A stretch of 64,000 nt of DNA from Anaerolineae bacterium (GCA_034417895.1 DAOULT010000061.1:22379-86378); one strand, 5' to 3'. Positions 1-8,773 are shown, numbered from the stretch's first letter. The notes: generated by a model not told the origin, from the letters alone. Made by a program: numbers and translations.

Positions 1-1111
1 ACCAGGGACGGGCGGGCTCCTGAGCAATATTTTCCACCTGCCTTGCAAGCCCCAATAGCTCATCAATTTCTGCTTCTGTGCTCAATCGGCTCAGTCTTTT
101 AAAAAATAAATCAATTTGGAATGGCCACTGGAAGTGCTTCTCTAATTCCTCGTGCTTTTCACGTACCAGCTCAATCAATTTCTCTGGCACGCGACCTGAC
201 TCTACATCGCTACTGTATAAAGTCAGATGGTTTTCAAATACGGCGTGCATATCCTCAACGGCAGCGGACATTTTGCCCACCTGCAATTCAGCTAACTGTT
301 CGACTTGATATGTTGTCGTCAAAATCAAATAAGCGTTTTTTAGCTCGAGCGCAGTGTTGATTGCAGACAAATAAGGCGACGATGACAAATCAGCCGGGTC
401 AACACCGTTCTCAAAAGCGTCTTCAATAATATAAACAGTATTTTCAGCTAGGTCTGAATCTTGAGCGAATTCAATGAGTGAGCGGGTATCACCAGCTGTA
501 CGCTTATAAATGCTAAACCGATGTCCTGAGATTTGCCCTGCCTCGTGCAGATCAAGACCTAGATGCACGGCGCAGGTAAGTTTGCCCGCGTGTTCTGGGC
601 CATGAACGATGCAAACTCTTTCTCCATGAGTTCCAAACCCATGCTTTCGCATGTCCTCATAGCCCGGTGATGGGACAAATACCGCTTTCACTTTGCGCCA
701 TTCCTCTTTCAACTCGGCCAGTGGCAACTTATCCGTATCAGGGGCTTTTTCATCTGTCATTATAGTTTGAAAAATGTTAAGTATATCGCTTCTAACATCA
801 CTAAGTTTGACACTTGGCCCAGTTACTACGTCGCCACCCACATCGCGGCCTACGGATACGGCTCCTTCACCGGAAGCACTGACCTGCCGCCCGGCCTCTG
901 GAGCCTCAGGCGCTTCCGCTTGCTCATCGCCTGCTGGCGCTTCGGGCACGATCTCGGAAGGCTCCACTTGGGGAGTGGCCTCTAAAGCCTCAGGCGCTTC
1001 TTCTTGCTCGGCAGGCTGCCTTTCTTCCTGTTCGTCAAATTGACTGCCCAATGGCTCGTCCATTGTTTGCTCATCGGGTTGATTATTCAACGGTTCGTCC
1101 GTGATATTCAT
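1..1111 (-). CDS. Hypothetical P-loop NTPase-like protein; 5' end at 1111, 3' end beyond the window edge
   Basis: Hand translation of the minus strand gives an open frame from ATG at 1109-1111 to position 1. Because it has no stop inside the window it is absent from the ORF track. It has an acidic N-terminus (MNITDEPLNNQPDEQ...), a Gly/Val-rich segment GRQVSASGEGAVSVGRDVGGDVV, then a Walker-A-like GPEHAGKLT and a Walker-B-like VYIIEDAF. The gene is lower in GC than its surroundings. Confidence 0.45.
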   Translation of the reverse strand, partial: MNITDEPLNNQPDEQTMDEPLGSQFDEQEERQPAEQEEAPEALEATPQVEPSEIVPEAPAGDEQAEAPEAPEAGRQVSASGEGAVSVGRDVGGDVVTGPSVKLSDVRSDILNIFQTIMTDEKAPDTDKLPLAELKEEWRKVKAVFVPSPGYEDMRKHGFGTHGERVCIVHGPEHAGKLTCAVHLGLDLHEAGQISGHRFSIYKRTAGDTRSLIEFAQDSDLAENTVYIIEDAFENGVDPADLSSSPYLSAINTALELKNAYLILTTTYQVEQLAELQVGKMSAAVEDMHAVFENHLTLYSSDVESGRVPEKLIELVREKHEELEKHFQWPFQIDLFFKRLSRLSTEAEIDELLGLARQVENIAQEPARPW

Positions 1112-1213
1112 AGCTCGTTTCGCCTTTCGACTTCTGCTCTATTGTACCATAAACTGATCAATCACGAAGCAGCCTGCCTGCAATGTCCCCTCAAATGGAC
1201 ATCCGCTCTTATC

Positions 1214-1279
1214 ATTATACCACACAAAGGTTATAAACAGGTAAAGATCAGGTTAAGATTTGGTTAAAAATTTCAGAAC
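1214..1279 (-). promoter_or_regulatory. Promoter cassette copy A, read on the minus strand: four (A/T)nACC boxes at 11-bp phasing plus extended -10 GTGTGGTATAAT. It drives the minus-strand NTPase gene.
   Basis: The reverse complement reads GTTCTGAAATTTTTAACCaaatcTTAACCtgatcTTTACCtgtttaTAACCtttgtGTGGTATAAT. The geometry matches the copies at 1592-1657, 15640-15713 and 44772-44827. Confidence 0.4.
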
Positions 1280-1583
1280 ATTTGTGCTGCGCAAAAAGCG
1301 GTCTTCGGAAGCTTCTGCGTTTTGAGCGGCGACAAGACGATCTTTGGCGTGACGGGGTTGTTTTGCAAAGGTACATCACCTGCTTCACCTGGCCGGGAGC
1401 AAAGAGCCGGCCCACGCTCTTTCACTACACGTGTGGTAAAGGGCGAGCTATCGTGGTGTGTTAGTCAATGGCGAAAGGGCGTGATGTGGAAGGGGACGAA
1501 AGAAGGACAGGAAGTGAGCGGGCTGGAGCAGTGGAACTGTTGGGCAAGGCTAGGACACAAAGTCTATCACTCGAGGGCATTTA

Positions 1584-1657
1584 GAACCTACGTTCCGAAA
1601 TTTTTAACCGAATTTTAACCTGGGCTTTACCTGGTAGTAACCTTCTTGTGGTATAAT
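1584..1657 (+). promoter_or_regulatory. Promoter cassette copy A2: a GGAACgtagGTTC palindrome, four phased TTTTAACC/TTTACC/TAACC boxes at 11-bp spacing, and extended -10 GTGGTATAAT upstream of the NACHT gene
   Basis: Sequence GTTCCGAAATTTTTAACCgaaTTTTAACCtgggcTTTACCtggtagTAACCttcttGTGGTATAAT. The last ACC box ends 9 nt before TATAAT, as in the three other copies. Confidence 0.45.
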
Positions 1658-1770
1658 ATTTACGGATGGAGTAGAGCCTCCTGCGAAGATGCGGTCTCGG
1701 CCTGCTTTTGCTGTAGCGAATACCAGTTATGCCTGGGTTGCTAAGAAAGATAAAAGCCAATATAATAGGT

Positions 1771-1816
1771 ATATAAAAAACAAAGCCTCGCATGACCGCA
1801 AAACCAGCCGAGGCTT
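1771..1816 (-). terminator. Hairpin AAGCCTCG-N18-CGAGGCTT followed by a T-tract on the minus strand (intrinsic-terminator-like), inside the long 5' leader of the NACHT gene
   Basis: An 8-bp perfect stem. The minus strand reads ...CGAGGCTT TGTTTTTTATAT after the hairpin. The plus strand has no U-tract. Confidence 0.3.
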
Positions 1817-1966
1817 AGCCCAACCATGTAGCCGGAATGCGATGGAGAACCCGACTTTCTGAGGATATCATACCACAGGAGCCTGCCCCTCGCAAACCGG
1901 CGCAGGCTCTTTGTTATTTTGGCCCTTGCCGGTTTGGTGTTTCGTAGATTGTCTGGAGGGGAACTT

Positions 1967-4768
1967 ATGTCAAATAGAGAGCAGGAAATCGAGCACCTGG
2001 AGAAACTGCGGGCCAGGCATCAGGCGAACATCCGCAAGCTGGAAGAGATGCTGGCCGGGTATGGCATGGATCGTCCCTTGCCGCTGCTCAACAACCTGGA
2101 GTTCGAGCAGGAGCAGGTGCGGCAGGTAGAGGAGCAACTGGCGGCTCTCCGTGGAGAGAGGCCGGAGGAGGCTGCCGAAGAGCAGACCACTCCTGCCCCA
2201 ACAGGCGGGCGGCAGGTCACTGCTTCCGGCGAGAGGGCTGTGGCCGTAGGCGGCGACGTTAAAGGAAACGTGATAATTACACAAATGACCGCCGAAGCTT
2301 CCAGAGACTTCTGGCAGCGGTTTGCCGCTCGTCGTTTGTCAAAAGATGAGCTGCACCGGGCTACCAGCAGCTACCTGAAGCACCTGGTAGACCGCTACCG
2401 CTACCTGGACTTCAAAGGGATGGGCGTCTCTGACCGGGTGCCGCTGCGCCTGCCTCTTTTGGAGATGTACGTCCCGCTCAAGGCGCGCATTGAATTGCCC
2501 CAGGGGGAGACCTGGGCGCGCCAGTTGCAACTGGCGGGGCGCAAAGTCAGCGCCGAAGAAGCGGAAATGATGGGCCGGCGCCTGAGCGAGCCGCGCCCGG
2601 CGCTGGAGTTGCTCAGGGAAAACGACGGTCTCATCATCCTGGGCGACCCTGGCGCGGGCAAGACCACTTTCCTCAAGTACCTGGCCCTGCGCCTGGCGAT
2701 TGGGGAGGGAGAGGCTTTGGGCCTGGGAAAGCGGCTGCCCGTGCTGCTGCCCCTTTCGGCCTACGCCAACGTCCTGGCGGAGCGAGATGTGCCCCTGAAT
2801 CGCTTCATCGACGAGTATTACCAGGATCGGGGGGTCGATCTTCCCCTCGGCCCGATGCTGGACGAGGCTCTGGCGCAGGGGGGCGCGCTGCTCCTGCTGG
2901 ATGGACTGGACGAGGTCAGGGAGTTGAGCCAGCGGCACCTGGTGGTAGAGCGGGTGGTGGACTTCTTCACCTTCCAGCGGCAAAAAGGCAACAAGTGCAT
3001 TCTCACCAGCCGCATAGTAGGCTACCGGGAGGTGCGCCCCATAGCGGAGGGGCTAGCGGAATGCACCCTGGTGGATTTCGAGGAAGAGGAGATAGAGCAG
3101 TTTGTGGGGAAATGGACGGGCGCGCTGGAGCGGGCAGCGCGGGGCGAGACGCAGGTGGCCGAGTACGAAGCCGAACGGGAGCGGGAAGAGCTGCTGACCG
3201 CTATGCGTCGCAACCCTGGCGTCAGGCAACTGGCCTCCAATCCCCTGCTGCTCACCATCCTGGCCCTGATGAAGCGGCAGGGGGTCACGCTCCCTGAGAG
3301 GCGCGTGGAGTTGTACGAGCAATACGTGAGGACGCTGCTCAAAAACTGGAACCTGGCGCGTGGATTGGACCGTCCTCCCAGCCGCGATCTGGACGTGGTG
3401 GAGACCGTGCGGGTGCTGGCTCCGCTTGCTCTGTGGATGCACGAGACCAGTCCAGGGGTGGGGCTGGTGAAGCGGGAGGAGATGAGGCGCAGGCTGGAGC
3501 AGATTTACGCCGGGCGAGAGATGCCAGACCCGGAGGGAGCGGCCAGGCAATTGCTGGAAGACGTGCACGATTACGCCGGCCTGCTGCTGGAGCGGGGCCC
3601 TGGAGAGTACGGGTTCATCCACCTGACCTTCCAGGAGTACCTGGCAGCGGTGGCGATTGCCCAGCAGGGCCAGTTGGGAATTGAACCGGTGGTGGAAGCG
3701 TTGACGGCGCGCCTGGGGGACGACAACTGGCGCGAGGTGGCCCTGCTGACCATCGGATACGTGGGGATAGTGGAGCAGCGCGACAAAGCGGCTGGCGCAA
3801 CTCTGGCGAAGTTGATCGAGGCTGCGCCTGGAGAGCCTGGCCCGGCGGCGGTGCTGGCCGGGGAGGCGGTGGCGGATGCCTGGCCCGGCGGCGTGACTCC
3901 GGCTTGCAAAGAGAGAGTGGTGAGGGCGCTGGTAGAGACGTTAGGGGACGAAAAGGTGCAGGCTCCTCTGCGGGCCGAAAGTGGCCGTGTCCTGGCCCGC
4001 CTGGGCGACCCGCGTCCTGGAGTATGCACCCTGCCGCCGGAGTGGGTGGAGATACCTGGCGGAGAATTCGTTATGGGCGAGGGCAGGGAGCAACATAAAG
4101 TGAATCTGCCAGCTTTCTACATCAGCCGCTACCCGATAACCAACGCTCAGTATAAGCTCTTTGTCGAGGCCGGGGGCTATCGGGAGCGGAAATACTGGAC
4201 GGAGGCCGGATGGAAGTGGAAAAAGGACAGAGCAGAGCCGGAGCGATACGGCCCACCGTTCGACCTGCCCAACCATCCAGTGGTGGTTATCACCTGGTAC
4301 GAGGCGGTGGCCTTCTGCCGCTGGTTGAGCGAGGAGATAGGGCAGGAGGTACGCCTGCCGAGCGAAGCCGAATGGGAGAAGGCAGCGCGGGGTACAGACG
4401 GGCGGGAGTGGCCCTGGGGAAACGAGTTCGATGCGGCGCTGTGCAACGTGGGGGATACGAGGATTGGCACGACGAGCGCGGTGGGATGTTTTCCGGGCGG
4501 GGCGAGTCCGTATGGGGTGCTGGATATGGCCGGAAACGTCTGGGAATGGACGCGCAGTCTTTATAGTGAGTATCCTTATAGGGCTGACGATGGCCGTGAA
4601 GATGCGGAGGCTGGTGGCCGCCGGGTGTTGCGTGGCGGGTCGTGGTTCGATATTGAGTGGTTCGTCCGCTGTGCGTCCCGCGACTGGAGCGATCCGCTCT
4701 ACTACAACTTCAACTACGGTTTTCGGGTGGTGGCGTTGTCCCCGCTTTTTCCTACCTCTGGCCTCTGA
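1967..4768 (+). CDS. STAND NTPase of the NACHT family with an N-terminal coiled-coil, HEAT/PBS-lyase-like repeats and a C-terminal formylglycine-generating-enzyme (SUMF1/FGE-sulfatase) fold domain; NLR-like
   Basis: ORF 1919..4768. The likely start is ATG 1967, preceded by the ribosome-binding site GGAGGGG. It has a Walker A GDPGAGKTT, a Walker B LLLLDGLDEV and the NACHT ILTSR motif. The C-terminus carries FGE motifs: YPITNAQYKLFVEAGGY, LPSEAEWEKAARG, WPWGN and VLRGGSW. Confidence 0.85.
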   Translation: MSNREQEIEHLEKLRARHQANIRKLEEMLAGYGMDRPLPLLNNLEFEQEQVRQVEEQLAALRGERPEEAAEEQTTPAPTGGRQVTASGERAVAVGGDVKGNVIITQMTAEASRDFWQRFAARRLSKDELHRATSSYLKHLVDRYRYLDFKGMGVSDRVPLRLPLLEMYVPLKARIELPQGETWARQLQLAGRKVSAEEAEMMGRRLSEPRPALELLRENDGLIILGDPGAGKTTFLKYLALRLAIGEGEALGLGKRLPVLLPLSAYANVLAERDVPLNRFIDEYYQDRGVDLPLGPMLDEALAQGGALLLLDGLDEVRELSQRHLVVERVVDFFTFQRQKGNKCILTSRIVGYREVRPIAEGLAECTLVDFEEEEIEQFVGKWTGALERAARGETQVAEYEAEREREELLTAMRRNPGVRQLASNPLLLTILALMKRQGVTLPERRVELYEQYVRTLLKNWNLARGLDRPPSRDLDVVETVRVLAPLALWMHETSPGVGLVKREEMRRRLEQIYAGREMPDPEGAARQLLEDVHDYAGLLLERGPGEYGFIHLTFQEYLAAVAIAQQGQLGIEPVVEALTARLGDDNWREVALLTIGYVGIVEQRDKAAGATLAKLIEAAPGEPGPAAVLAGEAVADAWPGGVTPACKERVVRALVETLGDEKVQAPLRAESGRVLARLGDPRPGVCTLPPEWVEIPGGEFVMGEGREQHKVNLPAFYISRYPITNAQYKLFVEAGGYRERKYWTEAGWKWKKDRAEPERYGPPFDLPNHPVVVITWYEAVAFCRWLSEEIGQEVRLPSEAEWEKAARGTDGREWPWGNEFDAALCNVGDTRIGTTSAVGCFPGGASPYGVLDMAGNVWEWTRSLYSEYPYRADDGREDAEAGGRRVLRGGSWFDIEWFVRCASRDWSDPLYYNFNYGFRVVALSPLFPTSGL

Positions 4769-4967
4769 AGCTCTCTGGCCCTCTGAAACTCTGATCGCGC
4801 TCTGGTCTCTGGGGGTGGGGTTTGGGGAGAGGGCGCGCCCCCTCCCCAAAGTTTCAAACCGCCGCAGGCGATCGCGGGGGGCGAGATAGGGAGGTAGTGC
4901 TCGCCCTTGAGAGGACATTGATTTTGGCCTGGGGGCGATTGTCGTGCGAAATGGAAAGGGCCTGATA

Positions 4968-4996
4968 TTGACACACTCCTGGTTGTAGGCTATAAT
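4968..4996 (+). promoter_or_regulatory. Consensus sigma70-type promoter: TTGACA, 17-nt spacer, TATAAT
   Basis: TTGACAcactcctggttgtaggcTATAAT sits about 30 nt upstream of the ribosome-binding site AAGAGGAG and the GTG at 5030. Confidence 0.5.
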
Positions 4997-5029
4997 CAAT
5001 GCCAGCCTTAGCTCAAGAGGAGATTGAAC

Positions 5030-5284
5030 GTGATCGAAGGTAACGATAAGGACAACGAAGTGGTGAAGAGTAAGTGGGCCGGTCTGGGCTGTATAGTCCT
5101 GGGGGTGATCGGCATTATCTGGGGCGGCGCGGTGGGGGTGTTGGGGGTGATGACCATCCTGGGCGGCGATCCCTGGGACGCCTGGTTCGGCTACATCCTG
5201 ACCTGTCTGTTCATGATCGGGCTAGGCGTTTTGGCTATCGTGATGGGGCTGGCCGACCGTCGCCAGGGGCCAGAGGCGGGCTGA
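5030..5284 (+). CDS. Small hydrophobic membrane protein (two predicted transmembrane helices), hypothetical
   Basis: ORF 5024..5284. GTG at 5030 lies 8 nt after AAGAGGAG. The sequence is Gly/Ile/Leu-rich (GLGCIVLGVIGIIWGGAVGVLGV). Its 3' end overlaps ybeY convergently by about 50 nt. Confidence 0.5.
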   Translation: MIEGNDKDNEVVKSKWAGLGCIVLGVIGIIWGGAVGVLGVMTILGGDPWDAWFGYILTCLFMIGLGVLAIVMGLADRRQGPEAG

Positions 5285-5792
5285 CGTTATTCAACTGCCG
5301 CAGGATATCATCCTGTCTGGCCCACATCCTGGCCTGTTCTTCCTGGTCGGCGTGGTCGTAGCCCAGCAGGTGCAACACCCCGTGAACGATGAGCAGGCTT
5401 AGCTCCCGTTCGAGGGAGTGGCCGTGTTCTTGAGCCTGGAGGGCGGCCCGCGGGCAGGAGATCACCACATCGCCCAGGTAAGGCGTCGCAGCCCCGGCGG
5501 CCACGATGAAACCATCCCCTTCCCTCTCCAGGGAAAAGGCCAGAACGTCGGTGGGGGCATCCACGCCCCGGAAACGTTTGTTTAGCTCCCGAATGTTTTG
5601 GTCATCGGTGATGACCAGGCTCAGTTCAATCTCTCCGCTTTCCCCCTCACTGTGGAAGGTTTTGGCTACCACCTCGGCCAGCCACTCGTCGTCAAGGTCG
5701 AGGTCGATGGTGGACTGCACCCTGACCCGCAAGCCGTCTGACGTTTGAGGGGGGGAGCGGTCAGCGGACTCGCTCCGGGCTTCTTTGGGCAT
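5235..5792 (-). CDS. ybeY: Endoribonuclease YbeY (rRNA maturation factor)
   Basis: It carries the metal-binding motif HGVLHLLGYDHAD. The ORF overlaps the stop of the upstream 7TMR-HD gene by 32 nt. The true start may be the internal GTG near 5720. Confidence 0.85.
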   Translation of the reverse strand: MPKEARSESADRSPPQTSDGLRVRVQSTIDLDLDDEWLAEVVAKTFHSEGESGEIELSLVITDDQNIRELNKRFRGVDAPTDVLAFSLEREGDGFIVAAGAATPYLGDVVISCPRAALQAQEHGHSLERELSLLIVHGVLHLLGYDHADQEEQARMWARQDDILRQLNNVSPPLAPGDGRPAPSR

Positions 5793-7986
5793 TCTGTTCG
5801 ACCTCTTTCACTGCCGGTTTCGGGGCCTCCTGCTCGACCCTTCTAGCTGCCGGTTTCGGTTTCTCTTGTTCAACCTTTTTCACGGCCTGTTTCAGCGGCT
5901 CAGGATATTTCACCCTGGGGTGGAAAACGCCTTGCAGAGTTTTGACGAAAGCGGCCCTGATATTTTTCAGATCGTCCAGGGTGAGGTCGCTATCGTCCAG
6001 CTCCCCCTGGGAAAGTTTATCGTTAATGATCTTGTGCACCAGCCTGTCGATCTCCTCAGGGGAGTTGGGGCGGGCGCTACGCACGGCGGCCTCACAGCTA
6101 TCGGCCAGCATCACGATAGCCGTCTCCTTGCTCCGGGGTCTGGGGCCCGGATAACGAAAATGAGCTTCGTCCACGGCCTGCGGCATTTCGTTCTCCTGGC
6201 GAGCCTCTCGATAAAAATAGCTGACCAGACCGGTGCCTTGATGTTCGGTGATGAAATCACGTATCCTGGGAGGCAGGTCATATTTCTTAGCCAGGTCCAG
6301 GCCATCTTTGACGTGGCTGATGATGACCTGGGCGCTGGTGTGAGGATCGAGCCGGTCGTGAATGTTTGCGCCCTCCACCTGGTTATCGACGAAAAAGTAA
6401 GGCCGCACGGTTTTGCCAATGTCGTGATAGTAGGCTCCCACGCGGGCCAGGAGATCGTCGGCGCCGATACTTTCCGCCGCCTGCTCGGCCAGATTGCTGA
6501 CCAGGATGCTGTGATGATAGGTGCCCGGCGCTTTTAGAAGGAGTTGACGAAGCAGAGGGTGAGTGGGGCGAGCCAGCTCATGCAGTTGAAAGGAAGTGAG
6601 AACGCCGAAAATATTGCTCAACGGAACGAAGCCCGCCATAGTCAGACTGGCCGCCAGAGCGCCGTTGACCAGGCTGACCCCCATTAGAGTCAGCAAACCC
6701 AACGTATCGTAGTTATGGCCGGGCAGCCGAAAAGCGAGAACGACGGCCAGATTTACGGCGGCCACGTAAGCTCCCGACCGGAAAAGGATGTTCAGCCGTT
6801 CCACCCGGCCCAGAAGGAGGGAGGCCACCAACCCCCCACACAGAGAATAGGCCGTCAATTCCAGAGAACCGTCCGAGAGAAAACCGACCGTCACACTGAG
6901 CAGGATAGAGGTCATTACCGCCAATTGCGGATCGAACAGGATGGAAAGCAACATGGAGAGGGTAGCCAGGGGGAATAGATACGGCAAAATGGTGTGCCCC
7001 TCGACCATCACCTTGGCCACCAAGGCGAAGAAGATGAGCAACGAGGACAATCTCGACAGGTGGTGCAAATTTTTCCATAAATCCGGGCGGAAGCGGATAA
7101 TATACAGGGCCATAACAGACACGACGATGAGCGCGAACAGGATGGCGGCCACCACGTCCAACCATTCGATCTTGGGCTGACGCACTCCCAGGGCGTCGAG
7201 AGCTTCCACGTGCCGGGCGGTAACGATATCTCCGGCTCGCAGAATGATCTCCCCTCTTTCCACGCTCTGCGTGATCTGGGCCACCCTCTCACGAGCCTGC
7301 CGCTTGGCCTCCGTCGTCTTATCGGCGTTGTAGAAGCTATTAGGTCTGACCAGATTCTTTACCAGCTCGATGACGATGGCAGCCTGGTTTTCGGATAGAT
7401 CGAGGCTGATGTCGGTGGGCAGGGAACGTTTGGCCTCGGCCAACTGGTTTTCCTGAATTACGCGGCGCATGGCCCGGCCCAGCACCTCGCTGGTCTGCTC
7501 CACCGTCTTTTTCCATTCCTCAGCGCTGAGAACGAGAATGGCGTCAATGATTTCCGGCGAAAGGCTCAGGTCAGGGATAGCGGCGATCCATTGTCTTTTC
7601 TGCTCTAAAGTAGCGTAGGAATCGTGACGGATGGAATCGATGTAATCACATACCTGGCGCGCTTTGACTATTTGTCGGCGGGCAACCTGCGGATCGGGAG
7701 GATCGTAGACATCCCGCACCGCCGCTTCGGCCCGCGCCTTTTCCTGTTCGGTCAACACCTGGCTGACGTAGGTTTTCTGCACCGGGGCGCGAATGTCCCG
7801 CGGGCTGACATCCCCGACGTCGATAGTCACCTGGCCGATGGGCAAAATGGGGAACGCCAGGATCAAACTCATAATAATGGCAGAAAACAGTCCCAGGAAC
7901 AAGGCGCGAGCTTTTGTCTGCCAGATTATGGCCTGCTCCGTAGAAGGCACCCGTCGATTGAAATTGCCGTAGGTGTTCACCAACAT
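5761..7986 (-). CDS. 7TM-receptor domain fused to an HD/HDIG phosphohydrolase (PgpH/YqfF-like)
   Basis: It has multiple transmembrane helices and an HD motif (HHSILVSNLAEQ ... AYYHDIGK). It lies immediately upstream of ybeY, as in the conserved yqfF-ybeY operon. Confidence 0.85.
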   Translation of the reverse strand: MLVNTYGNFNRRVPSTEQAIIWQTKARALFLGLFSAIIMSLILAFPILPIGQVTIDVGDVSPRDIRAPVQKTYVSQVLTEQEKARAEAAVRDVYDPPDPQVARRQIVKARQVCDYIDSIRHDSYATLEQKRQWIAAIPDLSLSPEIIDAILVLSAEEWKKTVEQTSEVLGRAMRRVIQENQLAEAKRSLPTDISLDLSENQAAIVIELVKNLVRPNSFYNADKTTEAKRQARERVAQITQSVERGEIILRAGDIVTARHVEALDALGVRQPKIEWLDVVAAILFALIVVSVMALYIIRFRPDLWKNLHHLSRLSSLLIFFALVAKVMVEGHTILPYLFPLATLSMLLSILFDPQLAVMTSILLSVTVGFLSDGSLELTAYSLCGGLVASLLLGRVERLNILFRSGAYVAAVNLAVVLAFRLPGHNYDTLGLLTLMGVSLVNGALAASLTMAGFVPLSNIFGVLTSFQLHELARPTHPLLRQLLLKAPGTYHHSILVSNLAEQAAESIGADDLLARVGAYYHDIGKTVRPYFFVDNQVEGANIHDRLDPHTSAQVIISHVKDGLDLAKKYDLPPRIRDFITEHQGTGLVSYFYREARQENEMPQAVDEAHFRYPGPRPRSKETAIVMLADSCEAAVRSARPNSPEEIDRLVHKIINDKLSQGELDDSDLTLDDLKNIRAAFVKTLQGVFHPRVKYPEPLKQAVKKVEQEKPKPAARRVEQEAPKPAVKEVEQNAQRSPERVR

Positions 7987-8013
7987 CTGTTTTTAAAATT
8001 CTCCAACCACATA

Positions 8014-8040
8014 AGAAATAAAAGAGCGCCTCATGCGCTC
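8014..8040 (-). terminator. Intrinsic terminator downstream of yqeY
   Basis: The minus strand reads GAGCGC-atgag-GCGCTC followed by TTTTATTTC. Confidence 0.5.
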
Positions 8041-8080
8041 CCATTTCCACAGATTATTAAAAACAAGGCATAAAGTTCCC

Positions 8081-8533
8081 TTACGTTTCTGCGGCCAGAA
8101 TTTCTTTTACTACCTGGCTGACCAAACGTCCATCAGCCTTGCCTTTCAAGCCAGGCATCAGATAGCGCATGACCTGACCCATCTGAGCCGCACTGGTAGC
8201 CCCTACCTCCTGGATGGCCTGCCGGGCCACGGTTTCGATCTCCTCCCTGGACATCTGGGGGGGCAGATAGGCTAGAAGTAAGCCTAACTCGGCCTCTTCC
8301 TGCTCAATCAGATCCTGGCGACCGCCTGTGGCAAATTCAGTTATAGCTTCACGACGGCGCCTGACTTCTCTGGCTACGATCTCCAGAATCTCCTCATCGT
8401 TCAGCGGATGGCCTTGCTCGATTTCGGCATTTTTGATGGCGGCTTTCACCAGGCGAATGGTGTTTTTGCGTCGTTCGTCCTTCTGGCGTAAGGCTTCTTT
8501 CAGGTCTTGTGTCAGCCTATCTTGCAGACTCAT
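8081..8533 (-). CDS. yqeY: GatB/YqeY domain protein
   Basis: MSLQDRLTQDLKEALRQKDERRKNTIRLVKAAIKNAE is typical of YqeY. It sits directly downstream of rpsU, as in the conserved rpsU-yqeY pair. Confidence 0.85.
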   Translation of the reverse strand: MSLQDRLTQDLKEALRQKDERRKNTIRLVKAAIKNAEIEQGHPLNDEEILEIVAREVRRRREAITEFATGGRQDLIEQEEAELGLLLAYLPPQMSREEIETVARQAIQEVGATSAAQMGQVMRYLMPGLKGKADGRLVSQVVKEILAAET

Positions 8534-8572
8534 CCTCTCTCCTCAAATGACAATTGGGACTGTAGACCTCTA

Positions 8573-8773
8573 TCATCCCCGGTTGCTTTTGCGGGTTTGC
8601 CTTTGACTCTTACGCCGTTTGGCTGCTTTTTTCTTTTTGCGTTCCACGCTGGGTTTTTCGAAGAAACGACGGCGGCGCACTTCAGACAACACCCGATCCG
8701 CCTGCACCTTTCGGTTAAAGCGTTTCAAAGCACTTTCAAAAGGTTCGTCTTTTGCAACAATGATCTGCGTCAC
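8573..8773 (-). CDS. rpsU: 30S ribosomal protein S21
   Basis: The S21 core is EPFESALKRFNRKVQADRVLSEVRRRRFFEKPSVERKKKKAAKRRK. The start is GTG at 8773, with AAGGAGGGGAGG immediately upstream. The track ORF begins earlier, at 8833. Confidence 0.9.
   Translation of the reverse strand: MTQIIVAKDEPFESALKRFNRKVQADRVLSEVRRRRFFEKPSVERKKKKAAKRRKSQRQTRKSNRG

Noticed and set aside
1581-1793. 70-aa minus-strand ORF overlapping promoter cassette A2
   Set aside because: It overlaps the conserved promoter repeats. Its KIRLK-type peptides recur in other frames wherever the cassette occurs, so it is a translation artefact of the repeat.
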